Assembly (NCBI GenBank): GCA_965209155.1
Contig: OZ242383.1
Location: forward strand, 2,432,001-2,496,000
From: a bacterium
GTDB lineage: Bacteria > SAR324 > NAC60-12
DNA length: 64,000 bases
Direction: 5' to 3'
The translations under genes and the position numbers were made by a program. Positions within the stretch are counted from its first letter, which is position 1, and every line of letters begins with the position of its first letter. Shown piece by piece: positions 21,694-31,878 of this stretch. The notes beneath the pieces were generated by a model. It did not search any database. It had not been told where the DNA came from and saw nothing but the letters and a program-made list of their open reading frames with translations.

Positions 21694-22539
21694 TCAAGCC
21701 GGGAATGACACACTCCGGAAGGTGGTTGTACGCGGGGATTGCATGAATCGCGTTCCGGGAGCTGGAGGGTCATTTGGCGGACCGGCAAAGCATTGCGCAA
21801 CGGCCATCCAACGCGTGGCCGTCGCTCCCTACGCAATTAAAGCGGTGTCTGAAACGTTTCGAGTTTGAGTGACCACTCGACAGAAGTCCACTGCCGTCCC
21901 TTCTATAAAATTACTTTTCGATTCGTCATGCCATTTCCAAACGTCGCCGGACGGACTTTTCAAGCATAAATAGGGTTTGTCTTGCGGCACTGCCTCACCA
22001 CGATTGCTGAAGGTCCAGGCGAAGGCGTTCACTCCCAGGACCACGATGTTTTTTATACGATCATGCTCCTCTCGTTCCACCCCCAGGAGATCATAGATGG
22101 CTTGGGCATGAGACCAGGTTTCCATCAAACGAGCCGAGATACTCGTTCGCGCGCTCATGCTCGGACCAAACCATTGCAGACGTTTTTTTGGATCTTCGGC
22201 TGTAAAGCGTTCCGACATTCCGGGATAATAGTCGCGCCAGAGTTGCAACAATGCCCGTCCCTCGATGCCATTCAGTTTCCGCTCCGTAAAGGGAAGCAAC
22301 GCTTCTCCATTGTTTTTGGCTTGGGTCAATTCGTTGACCAACTCGAGGAAGAGCGCTTCATTGCGCAGGGATAAATCGGCTGCCATGTTGAAAAAATGCA
22401 AGTGAGCCAGGATGTCATTGATCGTCCACCCCTTGAATTGGGTTTTTCTATTAAAATCCTGCTCCTGAAGCGGTTCCAGCAATTGTAGAAATGCGTCGTT
22501 TTCCGCTTTGAATTCAAGCGCTGCGCTGATCATATCCAA
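21694..22539 (-). pseudogene. TIGR03084/MDMPI-family metal-binding protein with an in-frame TAG
   Basis: WTINDILAHL, ARLMETWSH; after the TAG at 21829-21831 the same frame continues GATATRWMAVAQCFAGPP, the expected C-terminus. Confidence 0.8.
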
Positions 22540-22565
22540 TCCTGCTTATGCTGAGTTTCTCGCAA

Positions 22566-23708
22566 TCAGGCATCGAGAAATACTGTCAGGTGTTCATACG
22601 CTTTTAAAAAATCAGCCTTGAAATCATAAACCACATCACGTGTCGACTTGCTGAGGTTCATCAACCCCACCCCTTGTCCGACATAATAAGTATCGAGTTC
22701 CCTGGCACCCGCGTGTCCTCCTTCGGCGAGTTTTTTGACTTTGGCCAGGGGGGGATCACTGACCAGGGTTTGCAAAGGCATGGGCAAGGGTTCGGGAGCC
22801 GCCGGTTGTTCCCAGGCATCGGTCCAGGGGGAGCGCAGTTGACGCGCGGGTTTGCCCGTGCGGCTTCGAGAGCGTACGGTTTGTCTCGAGTTCGCCTTCA
22901 ACATTTTTTCTTTCACGACCGGGGAGGTTTCAGCTTCAAATGTCGTCAGCCAGACGGACCCCGTCCAAACTCCACTCGCCCCCATCGCCATGGATGCTGC
23001 CATTTGGCGTCCGGTCACAATCCCTCCTGCGGCAAGAATGGGAAGTTGACCAAAGGGTTGAATGGCTTCATACACTTCCGGAAGCAGGACCATCGTCGAA
23101 ACCTCCCCGCAATGTCCACCCGCCTCGGTGCCTGCCACCACCAGGATATCCACGCCTGCCTTCACCTGGTTGATGGCATGTTCTTTTGCCCCCACCAGCG
23201 CAGCCACGGCAACTCCATGTTCTTTCCCCATATCCAGCATGATTTTTGGCGGCACCCCAAGCGCATTGGCAACCAGTTTGATTGGGTGGGAAAAAGCCAC
23301 TTGCAATTGTTTTTTCGCACCCGATAAGCGTATGTTGTTACTGATGGTCAAACTGCCAGCCCTCACTTCATCCGTGATGTCACCGGTTTCAATGCCATAG
23401 GCTTCCAGGATTCCATTTGAAAAGTTCTTATGCCCTTCCGGTACCAGCGCCAGCACTTGCTCAGCGCTTGGCTGCTCGTCTTTGCCTGCTATTTTTTGCG
23501 GAATGATCAGGTCCACTCCATAAGAATTCCCGGATACATGGTCGTCGATCCAGGTCAGCTCGGTTTCCAGTTCTTCTGCTGTCATCCCGGCCGCCCCCAA
23601 TACGCCAAACCCCCCGGCACGACTCACTTCAACCACCACGTCGCGGCAATGGGAAAACGCAAAAAGAGGAAATTCGATCCCCAACCTCTCACAAATCTGG
23701 TTTTTCAT
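22566..23708 (-). CDS. Nitronate monooxygenase family flavoprotein
   Basis: FAFSHCRDVV, GTEAGGH, LAAGGI, GVWTGS; GAGGAG SD before ATG 23708. Confidence 0.88.
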   Translation of the reverse strand: MKNQICERLGIEFPLFAFSHCRDVVVEVSRAGGFGVLGAAGMTAEELETELTWIDDHVSGNSYGVDLIIPQKIAGKDEQPSAEQVLALVPEGHKNFSNGILEAYGIETGDITDEVRAGSLTISNNIRLSGAKKQLQVAFSHPIKLVANALGVPPKIMLDMGKEHGVAVAALVGAKEHAINQVKAGVDILVVAGTEAGGHCGEVSTMVLLPEVYEAIQPFGQLPILAAGGIVTGRQMAASMAMGASGVWTGSVWLTTFEAETSPVVKEKMLKANSRQTVRSRSRTGKPARQLRSPWTDAWEQPAAPEPLPMPLQTLVSDPPLAKVKKLAEGGHAGARELDTYYVGQGVGLMNLSKSTRDVVYDFKADFLKAYEHLTVFLDA

Positions 23709-23769
23709 GATTCTTTTCTCCTCAACACGTTCCATATCCGCTTGTTCGATTTTTTATCAGAGGGGGTAT

Positions 23770-24150
23770 TTATTGAGAACTGTCCATATCCTCAAAAGGA
23801 TTTATGTAATCCACTTCAATGTTTTTGAAGTCACGAATATTTCGTGTACAGATACACATTTTACTTATAAGGGCAGTTGCAGCAATAATAGCACCTAGCG
23901 TTTTGATTTTTCGTTGTCGTCTCAACTTTATTGTGACATCTATGATTTCATCAGAGAGATGGATCAGTTCAAATTGACTCAAGAATTGTTGAATGATAAA
24001 TTCTTCGTCTTTTTGAAATGGATAGGAAAGCACTTCGATTTTCGTAATGACTGAGATGGACAGTTTTTCCTGATGAGATTGTAGCCAATCAATTGCTGCT
24101 GCCTCCCCATTCAAGTAATAAATGATGATGTTTGTATCCACAATATTCAT
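23770..24150 (-). CDS. vapC: PIN-domain (VapC-like) toxin
   Basis: IVDTNIII, SVITKIEVL, TRNIRDF; ATGA overlap with the upstream small gene. Confidence 0.85.
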   Translation of the reverse strand: MNIVDTNIIIYYLNGEAAAIDWLQSHQEKLSISVITKIEVLSYPFQKDEEFIIQQFLSQFELIHLSDEIIDVTIKLRRQRKIKTLGAIIAATALISKMCICTRNIRDFKNIEVDYINPFEDMDSSQ

Positions 24151-24371
24151 CCATCCCACTCACTTCTTTGGTCAGATTGAAATTTGAGAGGATCTATTTT
24201 CTTATGCTTCAATATTCCTGCCGCATTCTTGAAGGCAGCCTCATTACATTGTTTTTCAAGTATCTCGAATTCAATGCTCACTTCTCCTCGATTTGAATGT
24301 AGGGACTCTAACTCTACATTAGGAATAAATAAACCACCATCTTTGATTATTGCTTTAGTAATCATTTTCAA
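24147..24371 (-). CDS. Putative antitoxin of the PIN toxin
   Basis: 74-aa AT-rich ORF coupled to the PIN gene; AAGILK...DPLKFQ...RSEW tail typical of PIN partners. Confidence 0.7.
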   Translation of the reverse strand: MKMITKAIIKDGGLFIPNVELESLHSNRGEVSIEFEILEKQCNEAAFKNAAGILKHKKIDPLKFQSDQRSEWDG

Positions 24372-24665
24372 TTCCTCAAATTTCTGGTTTTTTGTTTTAA
24401 GTCTTGTTTCATCATACTAGAATTTCTATGAATGTTGAATTAAATAAATAAGGTACTCGTGAAGTCCTTCCCATTGTTTATCACTGACATCTCTGTTATA
24501 ATCTGAACGTTCCATGGAGACTCCTTTGTTATTAAGGCTTCATTTCTCTCAAAATGAATGCGACATGGAACACTTCCAACAGGAAGCTGAACTTTTTTCA
24601 AACAGGTTCTAAGAAACTTGCCGTTTAGTGGTACAATCAACCAATCATTTTCATTGAGGTTCAAA

Positions 24666-25838
24666 ATGAATCTTAAACTCGAGTCTTCGAAAATTCTCTC
24701 CCCGGTGGATTATGGTTCGGAAGAAGCCGCCATGGTTCGTTACCGGGAAGAAGGAACGCAACAGGCATTGGCGCTTTATAATCGAGGCCCCATTCGTTTT
24801 AATGACGAAGGTTTGCTCGACCCAGCCATCCTGGAGTCCTATTCTCGCTGCGGGTTCTACATTTTTGAAGGAGTTCTCAATGAAGAGGAACTGCAAGCCA
24901 TCGATAGAGACCTGGTCGATCTTCAGGAGCGCGCTCCGGTGAGCAAAGGCGCGCAAGTGGACCACCTGGGACGCCCGGCTTTCAACGCATCCTGTCATCC
25001 AAATACCATTTTGTGGGCCAAGCCGCTTTCGGACCAATACGGAGGAAGTGAGCACAATTACGGACGTCATCCCGCTAAAATGTATGAACCCTTACCACCG
25101 GCCGAAGCGCCTGAATACGTCATGCAGATCGTCAATGGTTCGCTCCAATTTTCGGAAGCGTGCTTGCTCGTTTACGGACATCCGCAACTCCTCACCATTG
25201 CGGAAACAATTCTCGGGGAGGATTTCACCCCATTCAATGAACGCTTGTGGATCAAGCAACCCAGGCTCGGAGGTTCGGTGGCCTGGCACCAGGATGGCGT
25301 CACGCACTGGGACAACCCGGAGCTCGACGAAAACACCCATGGTTTCAATTTCATGGCGCAACCTTACGGTTGCGATGCGGCAAATGGTCTCTGGGTGGTG
25401 CCGGGATCTCATCGCAAAGGAAAGGTTGATATCAATGCGCTGGTCGAGGATGCCGGATCCGATCGTTTGCCAGACGCGGTTCCCCTGATCTGCAATCCTG
25501 GCGATGTGGTGATCTGCAATCGCCAGTCGCTTCATGCCTCTTTTGCCAATACCAGTCCCCAGCTGCGAGTGACGCTCAACTTTGGTTTTCACCGTCGCCG
25601 GTCGGTGCTGAACATGCCCGGAAAAATTATTGAAAATCCTGAAGCGATTTACGATGAGAAATATATCCGGGAACGCTCTCGAGTGATCATGTACGCCATT
25701 GATGCCCGGCAGAAACGCTTTCCACACGAACCGCCATTCGTCTACAAACCCTTTGCCGGACAAAACGAAACGTATCGCTGGACGCCTGAAGCCAAAGCCG
25801 GGCTCGTCGACTACCAACTTCAAGACATCCGGATCTAG
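24666..25838 (+). CDS. PhyH family Fe(II)/2OG oxygenase
   Basis: WHQDG, NGLWVVPGSH, LHASFAN..R. Confidence 0.88.
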   Translation: MNLKLESSKILSPVDYGSEEAAMVRYREEGTQQALALYNRGPIRFNDEGLLDPAILESYSRCGFYIFEGVLNEEELQAIDRDLVDLQERAPVSKGAQVDHLGRPAFNASCHPNTILWAKPLSDQYGGSEHNYGRHPAKMYEPLPPAEAPEYVMQIVNGSLQFSEACLLVYGHPQLLTIAETILGEDFTPFNERLWIKQPRLGGSVAWHQDGVTHWDNPELDENTHGFNFMAQPYGCDAANGLWVVPGSHRKGKVDINALVEDAGSDRLPDAVPLICNPGDVVICNRQSLHASFANTSPQLRVTLNFGFHRRRSVLNMPGKIIENPEAIYDEKYIRERSRVIMYAIDARQKRFPHEPPFVYKPFAGQNETYRWTPEAKAGLVDYQLQDIRI

Positions 25839-25913
25839 CAAATGAGCAATCAGGAAAGGTGGCTTCAATCGAAAATGACGAAAGAGGTCTGAAAAAGCAA
25901 AAAAACCGGCTGA

Positions 25914-27905
25914 TCAGGCTGCTGGCAGGATATCTAACAGGGGATCATCGGCAGCGACTCGAGTTCCGGCTGCCACGTGGATCGCCTGCACGGTACCGGC
26001 AATTTCCGCGACAATCTCATGTTGCATTTTCATCGCTTCCAATATGGCAAGACGGGTTCCGGCTTGGACGAGGTCTCCGCATTCGACTAAAACCTCGAGC
26101 AGGGTTCCATGCATGGGGGAAACAATGCGTCCACTTCCTTCTGTTTCTTTTGCAGAAGACGGGAAGGCGATTTGATTTTGGAACCGGAACGATTCTCCCT
26201 CCACTGAAATATCGATAAGACCGGCTGAGGTTGACGAATAATCAACGACTCTTCGACGTCCACCAATGCTCACATGCGCCACTTCGCCAGTCAGGTGCAA
26301 TAGTTTGACAGTCAGAGAATTTTCCGCCCCACGTACTTGATAATCCACTTCATTTACGGGCGAGAGATTCAATTCGAGGCGCCCTCCATCTGAAAGATAA
26401 ACATAATGAGTGACGAGTCGACCGCCGCTGGACCAATTCAATAACTCGGGTGAGACATGGACACTTGCTTCAAGAGCGCACCGGCGTTCGATGTGGTATT
26501 GAAGCAGGGCCGCTATCGCCGCCAATTCGAAGTCGGCTCGAGGATTGGCCAGGTCCCGGGCTTTCAATTCTTCCGCGAAAAATGCAGTCGTTGTCACTCC
26601 CCTGGCAAACGCTTGCTTGTCTAGAATTTTGATCAAAAAACTTTTATTCGTGACCAGGCCGAATATTCGAGTTTGCTCGAGAGCCTTGATCAAGCGCAGG
26701 CGGGCAATTTCCCGGTTTTCTCCCCACGCGATCACTTTGGCGAGCATCGGGTCATAAAAAGGCGTGATTTCCTGGCCTGTTTGAATACCGGAATCCACCC
26801 GGATTCCATTTCCCCTGGCAGGGCGCCATTGATCGATGGTTCCGGTACAAGGCAAAAAATCGCGCACAGGATCTTCCGCATAAAGACGAGCTTCTATCGC
26901 ATGTCCCGAACTGGCGACCTCGTCTTGGGTCAAAGGCAGAGGGAACCCTTTGGCGATTTGGATCTGGCAGGCCACCAAATCCAATCCCGTGATCATTTCA
27001 GTGACGGGGTGTTCCACCTGGAGGCGGGTATTCATCTCGAGAAAATAAAAATTTCCTTCTTCATCCAAGAGAAATTCAACGGTTCCCGCATTCTGGTAAT
27101 TGACGCTGAGCGCCGCTTCAACCGCGGCGGCACCCATTCGCGCTCTCAATTCACCAGTCATCAGCGGACAAGGCGCTTCCTCCACCACCTTTTGATTCCG
27201 GCGCTGTAGCGAACATTCGCGTTCTCCCAAGTGAATGACGTTTCCGTGTTGGTCGGCCAGAATCTGGAATTCGACATGTCGCGGACGCTTGATCGCTTTT
27301 TCCAGGATCAACTCGGACGAGCCGAATGCCTTCAATGCTTCAGTACGCGCGCCACGCAGGGCCGCGGGAAAGTCCTCAGCGTTCTCAACCAATCGTATTC
27401 CACGCCCTCCACCGCCGGCAGCGGCTTTCACCATCAAAGGGAAGCCGATCTCCTCCGCAGCGGTGAGTAGAGTGGCATCGGATGGATCGGCAGCGGAATA
27501 GCCAGGCAGGCAAGGGATCCCGGCCGCCGTCAAATGCCGTTTGGCTCCTGCTTTATTGCCCATCAACTCGATCGCGCCGGCAGCGGGTCCGATGAACACG
27601 AACCCTGCCTGCTCACAGGCTCGCGCAAATTCAGCGTTTTCCGATAAAAATCCATAACCGGGATGAACGGCTTCTGCCCCGCTTTGCCGGGCTGCTTGCA
27701 AAATTCGCTCGATATGGAGGTACGACTCCTCCACGGAGGAGGGGCCAAGCAAGGCGGAATCATCCGCCATTTGCGCATGAGGCGCGTTCGCGTCTGCTTC
27801 CGAATAGACGGCGATGGTGCGAAAACTCAGAGATTGAGCGGTTTTGATGATACGAACTGCAATTTCTCCTCGATTGGCAACCAGGATGCTCTTAAAGTCT
27901 CTCAT
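25914..27905 (-). CDS. atuF: Biotin carboxylase/BCCP alpha subunit (geranyl-CoA carboxylase-like)
   Basis: ANRGEIA, HPGYGFLSEN, EMNTRLQVEHPVTE, EAMKM biotin motif; atu context. Confidence 0.8.
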   Translation of the reverse strand: MRDFKSILVANRGEIAVRIIKTAQSLSFRTIAVYSEADANAPHAQMADDSALLGPSSVEESYLHIERILQAARQSGAEAVHPGYGFLSENAEFARACEQAGFVFIGPAAGAIELMGNKAGAKRHLTAAGIPCLPGYSAADPSDATLLTAAEEIGFPLMVKAAAGGGGRGIRLVENAEDFPAALRGARTEALKAFGSSELILEKAIKRPRHVEFQILADQHGNVIHLGERECSLQRRNQKVVEEAPCPLMTGELRARMGAAAVEAALSVNYQNAGTVEFLLDEEGNFYFLEMNTRLQVEHPVTEMITGLDLVACQIQIAKGFPLPLTQDEVASSGHAIEARLYAEDPVRDFLPCTGTIDQWRPARGNGIRVDSGIQTGQEITPFYDPMLAKVIAWGENREIARLRLIKALEQTRIFGLVTNKSFLIKILDKQAFARGVTTTAFFAEELKARDLANPRADFELAAIAALLQYHIERRCALEASVHVSPELLNWSSGGRLVTHYVYLSDGGRLELNLSPVNEVDYQVRGAENSLTVKLLHLTGEVAHVSIGGRRRVVDYSSTSAGLIDISVEGESFRFQNQIAFPSSAKETEGSGRIVSPMHGTLLEVLVECGDLVQAGTRLAILEAMKMQHEIVAEIAGTVQAIHVAAGTRVAADDPLLDILPAA

Positions 27906-27964
27906 TCGTCGTTGATCTATCTGGAAGGTCGATTCTCCGGAGTTGAAGGATGGCGTCGATTCAA

Positions 27965-29587
27965 TCAGAGGCGCGCGACGCCGAAACTGTTGGCTTGCAC
28001 TCTTCGGTGTTTGGCTTCCCAACAAGTATCCAAGGCAAATCCGATCACTTTTCGCGTATCGCGGGGATCGATCACTCCTTGGTCCAACATATGCCCTGAT
28101 GTGTAAAAGGCATCCGATTGGCGGTCGTAAAGTTGGATCAATTGTTCCTTTTGGACTTGAAGCGCTTTTTCATCTACAGGTTCTCCCCGCCGTGCTGCCG
28201 AACCGCGCATGACTTGATCCATGGTCAGCGCCGCTTGTTCACCTCCCATCACGCCCGTCCTGGCGTTGGGCCAGGTGAACAAAAAATCGGGCTGGTAGGC
28301 CAGGCCGCACATGCCATAATTTCCCGCTCCAAAACTCGCTCCCACGTAAAACGTAATTTTAGGCGCCCGGGTGTTGGAGACCGCCTGGATCATTTTTGAA
28401 CCATGCTTGATCATGCCTTCCTGTTCATAAACCTTCCCCACCATATAGCCCGTGGTATTGTTGAGGAAAATGAGAGGGATATCGGACTGGTCACAAAGTT
28501 GGATGAAATGCCCCGCTTTGGTGGCGCCGTCGGGGTCGATCGGACCATTGTTGCCGAGAATGCCACAAGCCTGACCAAACATGTGGGCTTGCAAGCAGAC
28601 GGTGGAAGGGCCGTATCGTGGTTTGAAGTTCTCAAAATCAGAACCATCCACCAATCGAGCGACCACTTCACGCACATCATAAGGTTTTCGATAATCGATG
28701 GGGACGACACCGGCAATTTCACCCGGATCGTAAAGGGGTTCCCGTATTTTTTTGCGGGGAGGTTTGGGACAGTGATCATTCCATCCCAAACGATTGACTA
28801 TATCCCGCACGATCAACAAACCATGTGCATCGTCCTCTGCCAGGTATTCCACCGACCCGGTGACCGATGCGTGCATTTCGGAACCGGCAAGTTCTTCTTC
28901 ATCCGAGATTTCTCCGGTGGCTGCTCGGACCAGCGCCGCCCCTCCCAGGGAAGCGCGTCCACGCCCCCTGATACCAACCACGTAATCACTCATTCCCGGC
29001 ATGTAAGCCCCTCCTGCCGTGGAGGGGCCATGCAGCACCACGAACGTGGGGATTCCCGCTGCGCTCAATTTCGCGAGACCATAGAAAAGACCGCCTCCAT
29101 GCGCCCACTGACTGACTTCATATTTCATCAGGTTGGCCCCTGCGCTTTCAACCAGGTGAACAAAAGGCAGTTTCTTTTCAAGCGCAATCTTGAGACAGGC
29201 CCTGCCTTTTTCACCGGATTTCGCCGTCGAGGCCCCCGCATTGATCCCGCTGTCACTGACGCAAATCATGCAACGGACGCCGCTGATGAATCCGATACCC
29301 GCCAGGGAACTGGCGCCGGGAATGCTTTTTTCCCGGTCCTTGATCTCCACCATGTAATTGGCAATGCCGTAAAGTTCCAGAAAAGGCATGCCCGGGTCCA
29401 GCAGGCGTGACAATCGTTGCCTTGGAGTCAGTTGACCCCGTTCTTCGAAACGGAGACGCCGTCTCTCGGAAACGGCTTCCGCACGCTTTTTCAAGAGATG
29501 GAGTTTTTCAACCAGCAAGAGCATTTCCCTGCGATTTACGGCAAAGGAATCACTGTTCACCTCGATTTTACTGACATAAACGCTCAT
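27965..29587 (-). CDS. atuC: Acyl-CoA carboxylase carboxyltransferase beta subunit (geranyl-CoA carboxylase-like)
   Basis: LVESAGANL, STAGGAYMPG, SFGAGNYGMCG, IDPRDTR. Confidence 0.8.
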   Translation of the reverse strand: MSVYVSKIEVNSDSFAVNRREMLLLVEKLHLLKKRAEAVSERRRLRFEERGQLTPRQRLSRLLDPGMPFLELYGIANYMVEIKDREKSIPGASSLAGIGFISGVRCMICVSDSGINAGASTAKSGEKGRACLKIALEKKLPFVHLVESAGANLMKYEVSQWAHGGGLFYGLAKLSAAGIPTFVVLHGPSTAGGAYMPGMSDYVVGIRGRGRASLGGAALVRAATGEISDEEELAGSEMHASVTGSVEYLAEDDAHGLLIVRDIVNRLGWNDHCPKPPRKKIREPLYDPGEIAGVVPIDYRKPYDVREVVARLVDGSDFENFKPRYGPSTVCLQAHMFGQACGILGNNGPIDPDGATKAGHFIQLCDQSDIPLIFLNNTTGYMVGKVYEQEGMIKHGSKMIQAVSNTRAPKITFYVGASFGAGNYGMCGLAYQPDFLFTWPNARTGVMGGEQAALTMDQVMRGSAARRGEPVDEKALQVQKEQLIQLYDRQSDAFYTSGHMLDQGVIDPRDTRKVIGFALDTCWEAKHRRVQANSFGVARL

Positions 29588-31386
29588 CAGAGGACCTCCG
29601 CGATATGCACCGGCACTTGGATCGGATGATCGAGCAGCAATTGAGCGTAGCCTTTTCCCTGGGCATCATCCCGCAGACTGGCCACCCCGCCCCCGCCCAA
29701 TACGTCATGGAAAAGGAAATTGATGGCATGGGAGCCCGGCAGCAGGAAGCGCTCCACGTTCCCTTGCAGGAAATGAGCAAAACGCTTTGCCACCACTTTT
29801 TCTGTCAACGACTGCCAGATGAAAGGGAGATATTCCGGTTTGCGGGCAATGATTCCGACATTGGCTTTGTCGCCTTTGTCTCCGCTGCGTCCCCAGGCTA
29901 ATTTCACCAATGGCACTTCCCTCATGGCAGAATCACCCTTGGAATCGCTTGGAGGGAGAGGACGCCGGATGGCTTGTGGATTAAAAACGGAGCTTTGTTT
30001 GGGAATGAATGGGATCGATTCTCCCCCTGAATCAAGGTGGATGGAGATTTCTTTTTTGGGAATGAGGAAGGAGAACAGCCTGACGACCGGAGAGGGTTTC
30101 GGACGACTTCCAGCAAATCCTGCCCCGCCGGGTGGGTTGGCCAGACCCAAACCCGCCACCTCCTTCAAGAGCATACGAATACCGGCCTGGTCCCCATGTT
30201 TGGCAGCTATTTTGAGCACGACCTCACGGGATCCCGTGACGTGGCTGGCCTCTCCATACTGGCTTTCAGCCCCCAGTATTTCGATGCTGGTTTCCGTGAA
30301 ATCGGCTAAATTCGCCTCCCGAAGAACCCGACGCGCACGATTGAAGGCAGCCCGGGCAAACCCCAAGGCTTTTTTATCGGAATCCATACCATAAAACGTT
30401 CGGTAGCTGCCTCCGCGAAATCCATCGGAATAAGTGGCAGATACTTTATAGCTGTCGGTGGCGGGATACCCGCAAGCTCCAGCCACGGAAACCCGGTTGG
30501 GAGCTTCTTGCCTGATTCGCACTTTTGAAAAATCACAGACCACGTCGGGGACGACGTAGGCTTGCGGGTCACCGATCTCGTAAAGCATTTGTTCAGAAAC
30601 CGTCCCCACGTTGACAATACCGCCTGTTCCTTCGGATTTCGTCACCGAAAAAATTCCGTCCGAAGAAATCTCTGCAATGGGATATCCAATCTGGTCTATG
30701 CGATCCACCACGTCTTGCCAATCGGTGAAATTTCCTCCCGTGGCTTGTGGACCACATTCCAGGATATGTCCGGCCAGGGTTCCGCAGGCGAGGAGGTCCC
30801 ACGCCGCCTCTCCCCAGCCAAATTCGTGGATGCAGGCGCCCAAGGTCACCGCACTGTCCACGACTCGACCGGTGACCACGATATCCGCCCCTTCATCCAG
30901 AGCTTGCGCGATGGGAAAGGCCCCCAGGTAGGCATTGACGCTAGCCAGCGTGGCAGGATTGGGAAAGTCCTCACCCGAATACATTTCCTTCACACCCCGG
31001 CGGCTCAATACCTCACCCATTTCGTTCAAGTCGTCTCCAAGGACAATCGCCACTTTCAAATCCAAATTCTGATCTGCAATGAGCTTCCGCAGGGCGTTGC
31101 CGCATGCCCTTGGGTTCACGCCCCCGGCATTTGTGATAATTTTTATGCCTTGACGTGCAATTTCTTCCAGATTGTCTTGCATCACCACCGTTACGAAGTC
31201 CCGCGCGTAACCGGCACTCGAATCTTTTGCCAACGCGCGAGCCATGATCGACATGGTGATCTCGGCAAGATAATCGTATACGATATAATCCAGTCCTCCT
31301 GCAGCTAAAAATTGGGGAGTCGCCATGTTGGATTCTCCCCAATAGCCACAGGCACCTCCAACGCGAATAGTTCTTTTTGTCGACAT
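29587..31386 (-). CDS. atuA: Acyclic terpene utilization protein AtuA
   Basis: DYLAEITMSI, GRVVDSA, GHILECG.QATGGNF, RSGDKGD, DAQGKGYAQ. Confidence 0.92.
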   Translation of the reverse strand: MSTKRTIRVGGACGYWGESNMATPQFLAAGGLDYIVYDYLAEITMSIMARALAKDSSAGYARDFVTVVMQDNLEEIARQGIKIITNAGGVNPRACGNALRKLIADQNLDLKVAIVLGDDLNEMGEVLSRRGVKEMYSGEDFPNPATLASVNAYLGAFPIAQALDEGADIVVTGRVVDSAVTLGACIHEFGWGEAAWDLLACGTLAGHILECGPQATGGNFTDWQDVVDRIDQIGYPIAEISSDGIFSVTKSEGTGGIVNVGTVSEQMLYEIGDPQAYVVPDVVCDFSKVRIRQEAPNRVSVAGACGYPATDSYKVSATYSDGFRGGSYRTFYGMDSDKKALGFARAAFNRARRVLREANLADFTETSIEILGAESQYGEASHVTGSREVVLKIAAKHGDQAGIRMLLKEVAGLGLANPPGGAGFAGSRPKPSPVVRLFSFLIPKKEISIHLDSGGESIPFIPKQSSVFNPQAIRRPLPPSDSKGDSAMREVPLVKLAWGRSGDKGDKANVGIIARKPEYLPFIWQSLTEKVVAKRFAHFLQGNVERFLLPGSHAINFLFHDVLGGGGVASLRDDAQGKGYAQLLLDHPIQVPVHIAEVL

Positions 31387-31450
31387 TTTCCGTCCCTCCT
31401 CCTGTTTGCGTTTTCAACCTTTTATTCATAAAACACGCTTCGGGAGTCTA

Positions 31451-31808
31451 CGTCAAGCTCAACTCTCATGAGGAGGAGCGGATTTTTTATTCATATCATA
31501 CCTGAGAGTTAATCTCTAAAGGATGTGTCATTCCTGGCTTGACCAGGAATCCATGCCTTCAATCTTCTCCGGAGTCTCCGTCAAGTTCAACTCTCTTGGG
31601 GAGGAGCGGATTTTTTACTCCTTTGTCATTCCTGGCTTGACCAGGAATCCAGGGGTATGCAACCAGACAGAAATCTGGATCCCTTCCGTTCTTGATCCGG
31701 GATTGAGTGAGGATGAAATAGACACCAGGATACTCCATCAATTGAAGATTTATGTCGAACTCGTGTTATTTAAAGTCCTGATTCACGTTTTAAAGTCCTG
31801 ATTCACGT
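31451..31808. repeat. Composite repeat region: 42-bp direct repeats, REP units, a 75-bp terminus and a tandem TCCTGATTCACGT
   Basis: 31451-31492 is near-identical to 31579-31620; REP units at ~31526 and ~31624; 20-bp tandem at 31769-31808. Confidence 0.75.
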
Positions 31809-31878
31809 GTGTGTCATTACTTTTTATGATTCCGAAAACGTGCTACGATTGATTTTCAGTGAAAATGGAAAGGATGTT

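Noticed and set aside
21829..21831. Pyrrolysine or stop-codon recoding
   Set aside because: No pyl genes in the window, and TAG terminates other complete genes (for example at 1338 and 25838).
21245..21868. 207-aa ORF as a real gene
   Set aside because: It is a chance frame spanning glcB antisense, a desaturase fragment, a REP and the antisense of another gene.
28403..29410. Long antisense ORFs (also 2888-3832, 7194-7910, 12051-12941, 57665-58462)
   Set aside because: They are shadows of well-supported genes on the opposite strand and have no recognisable motifs.
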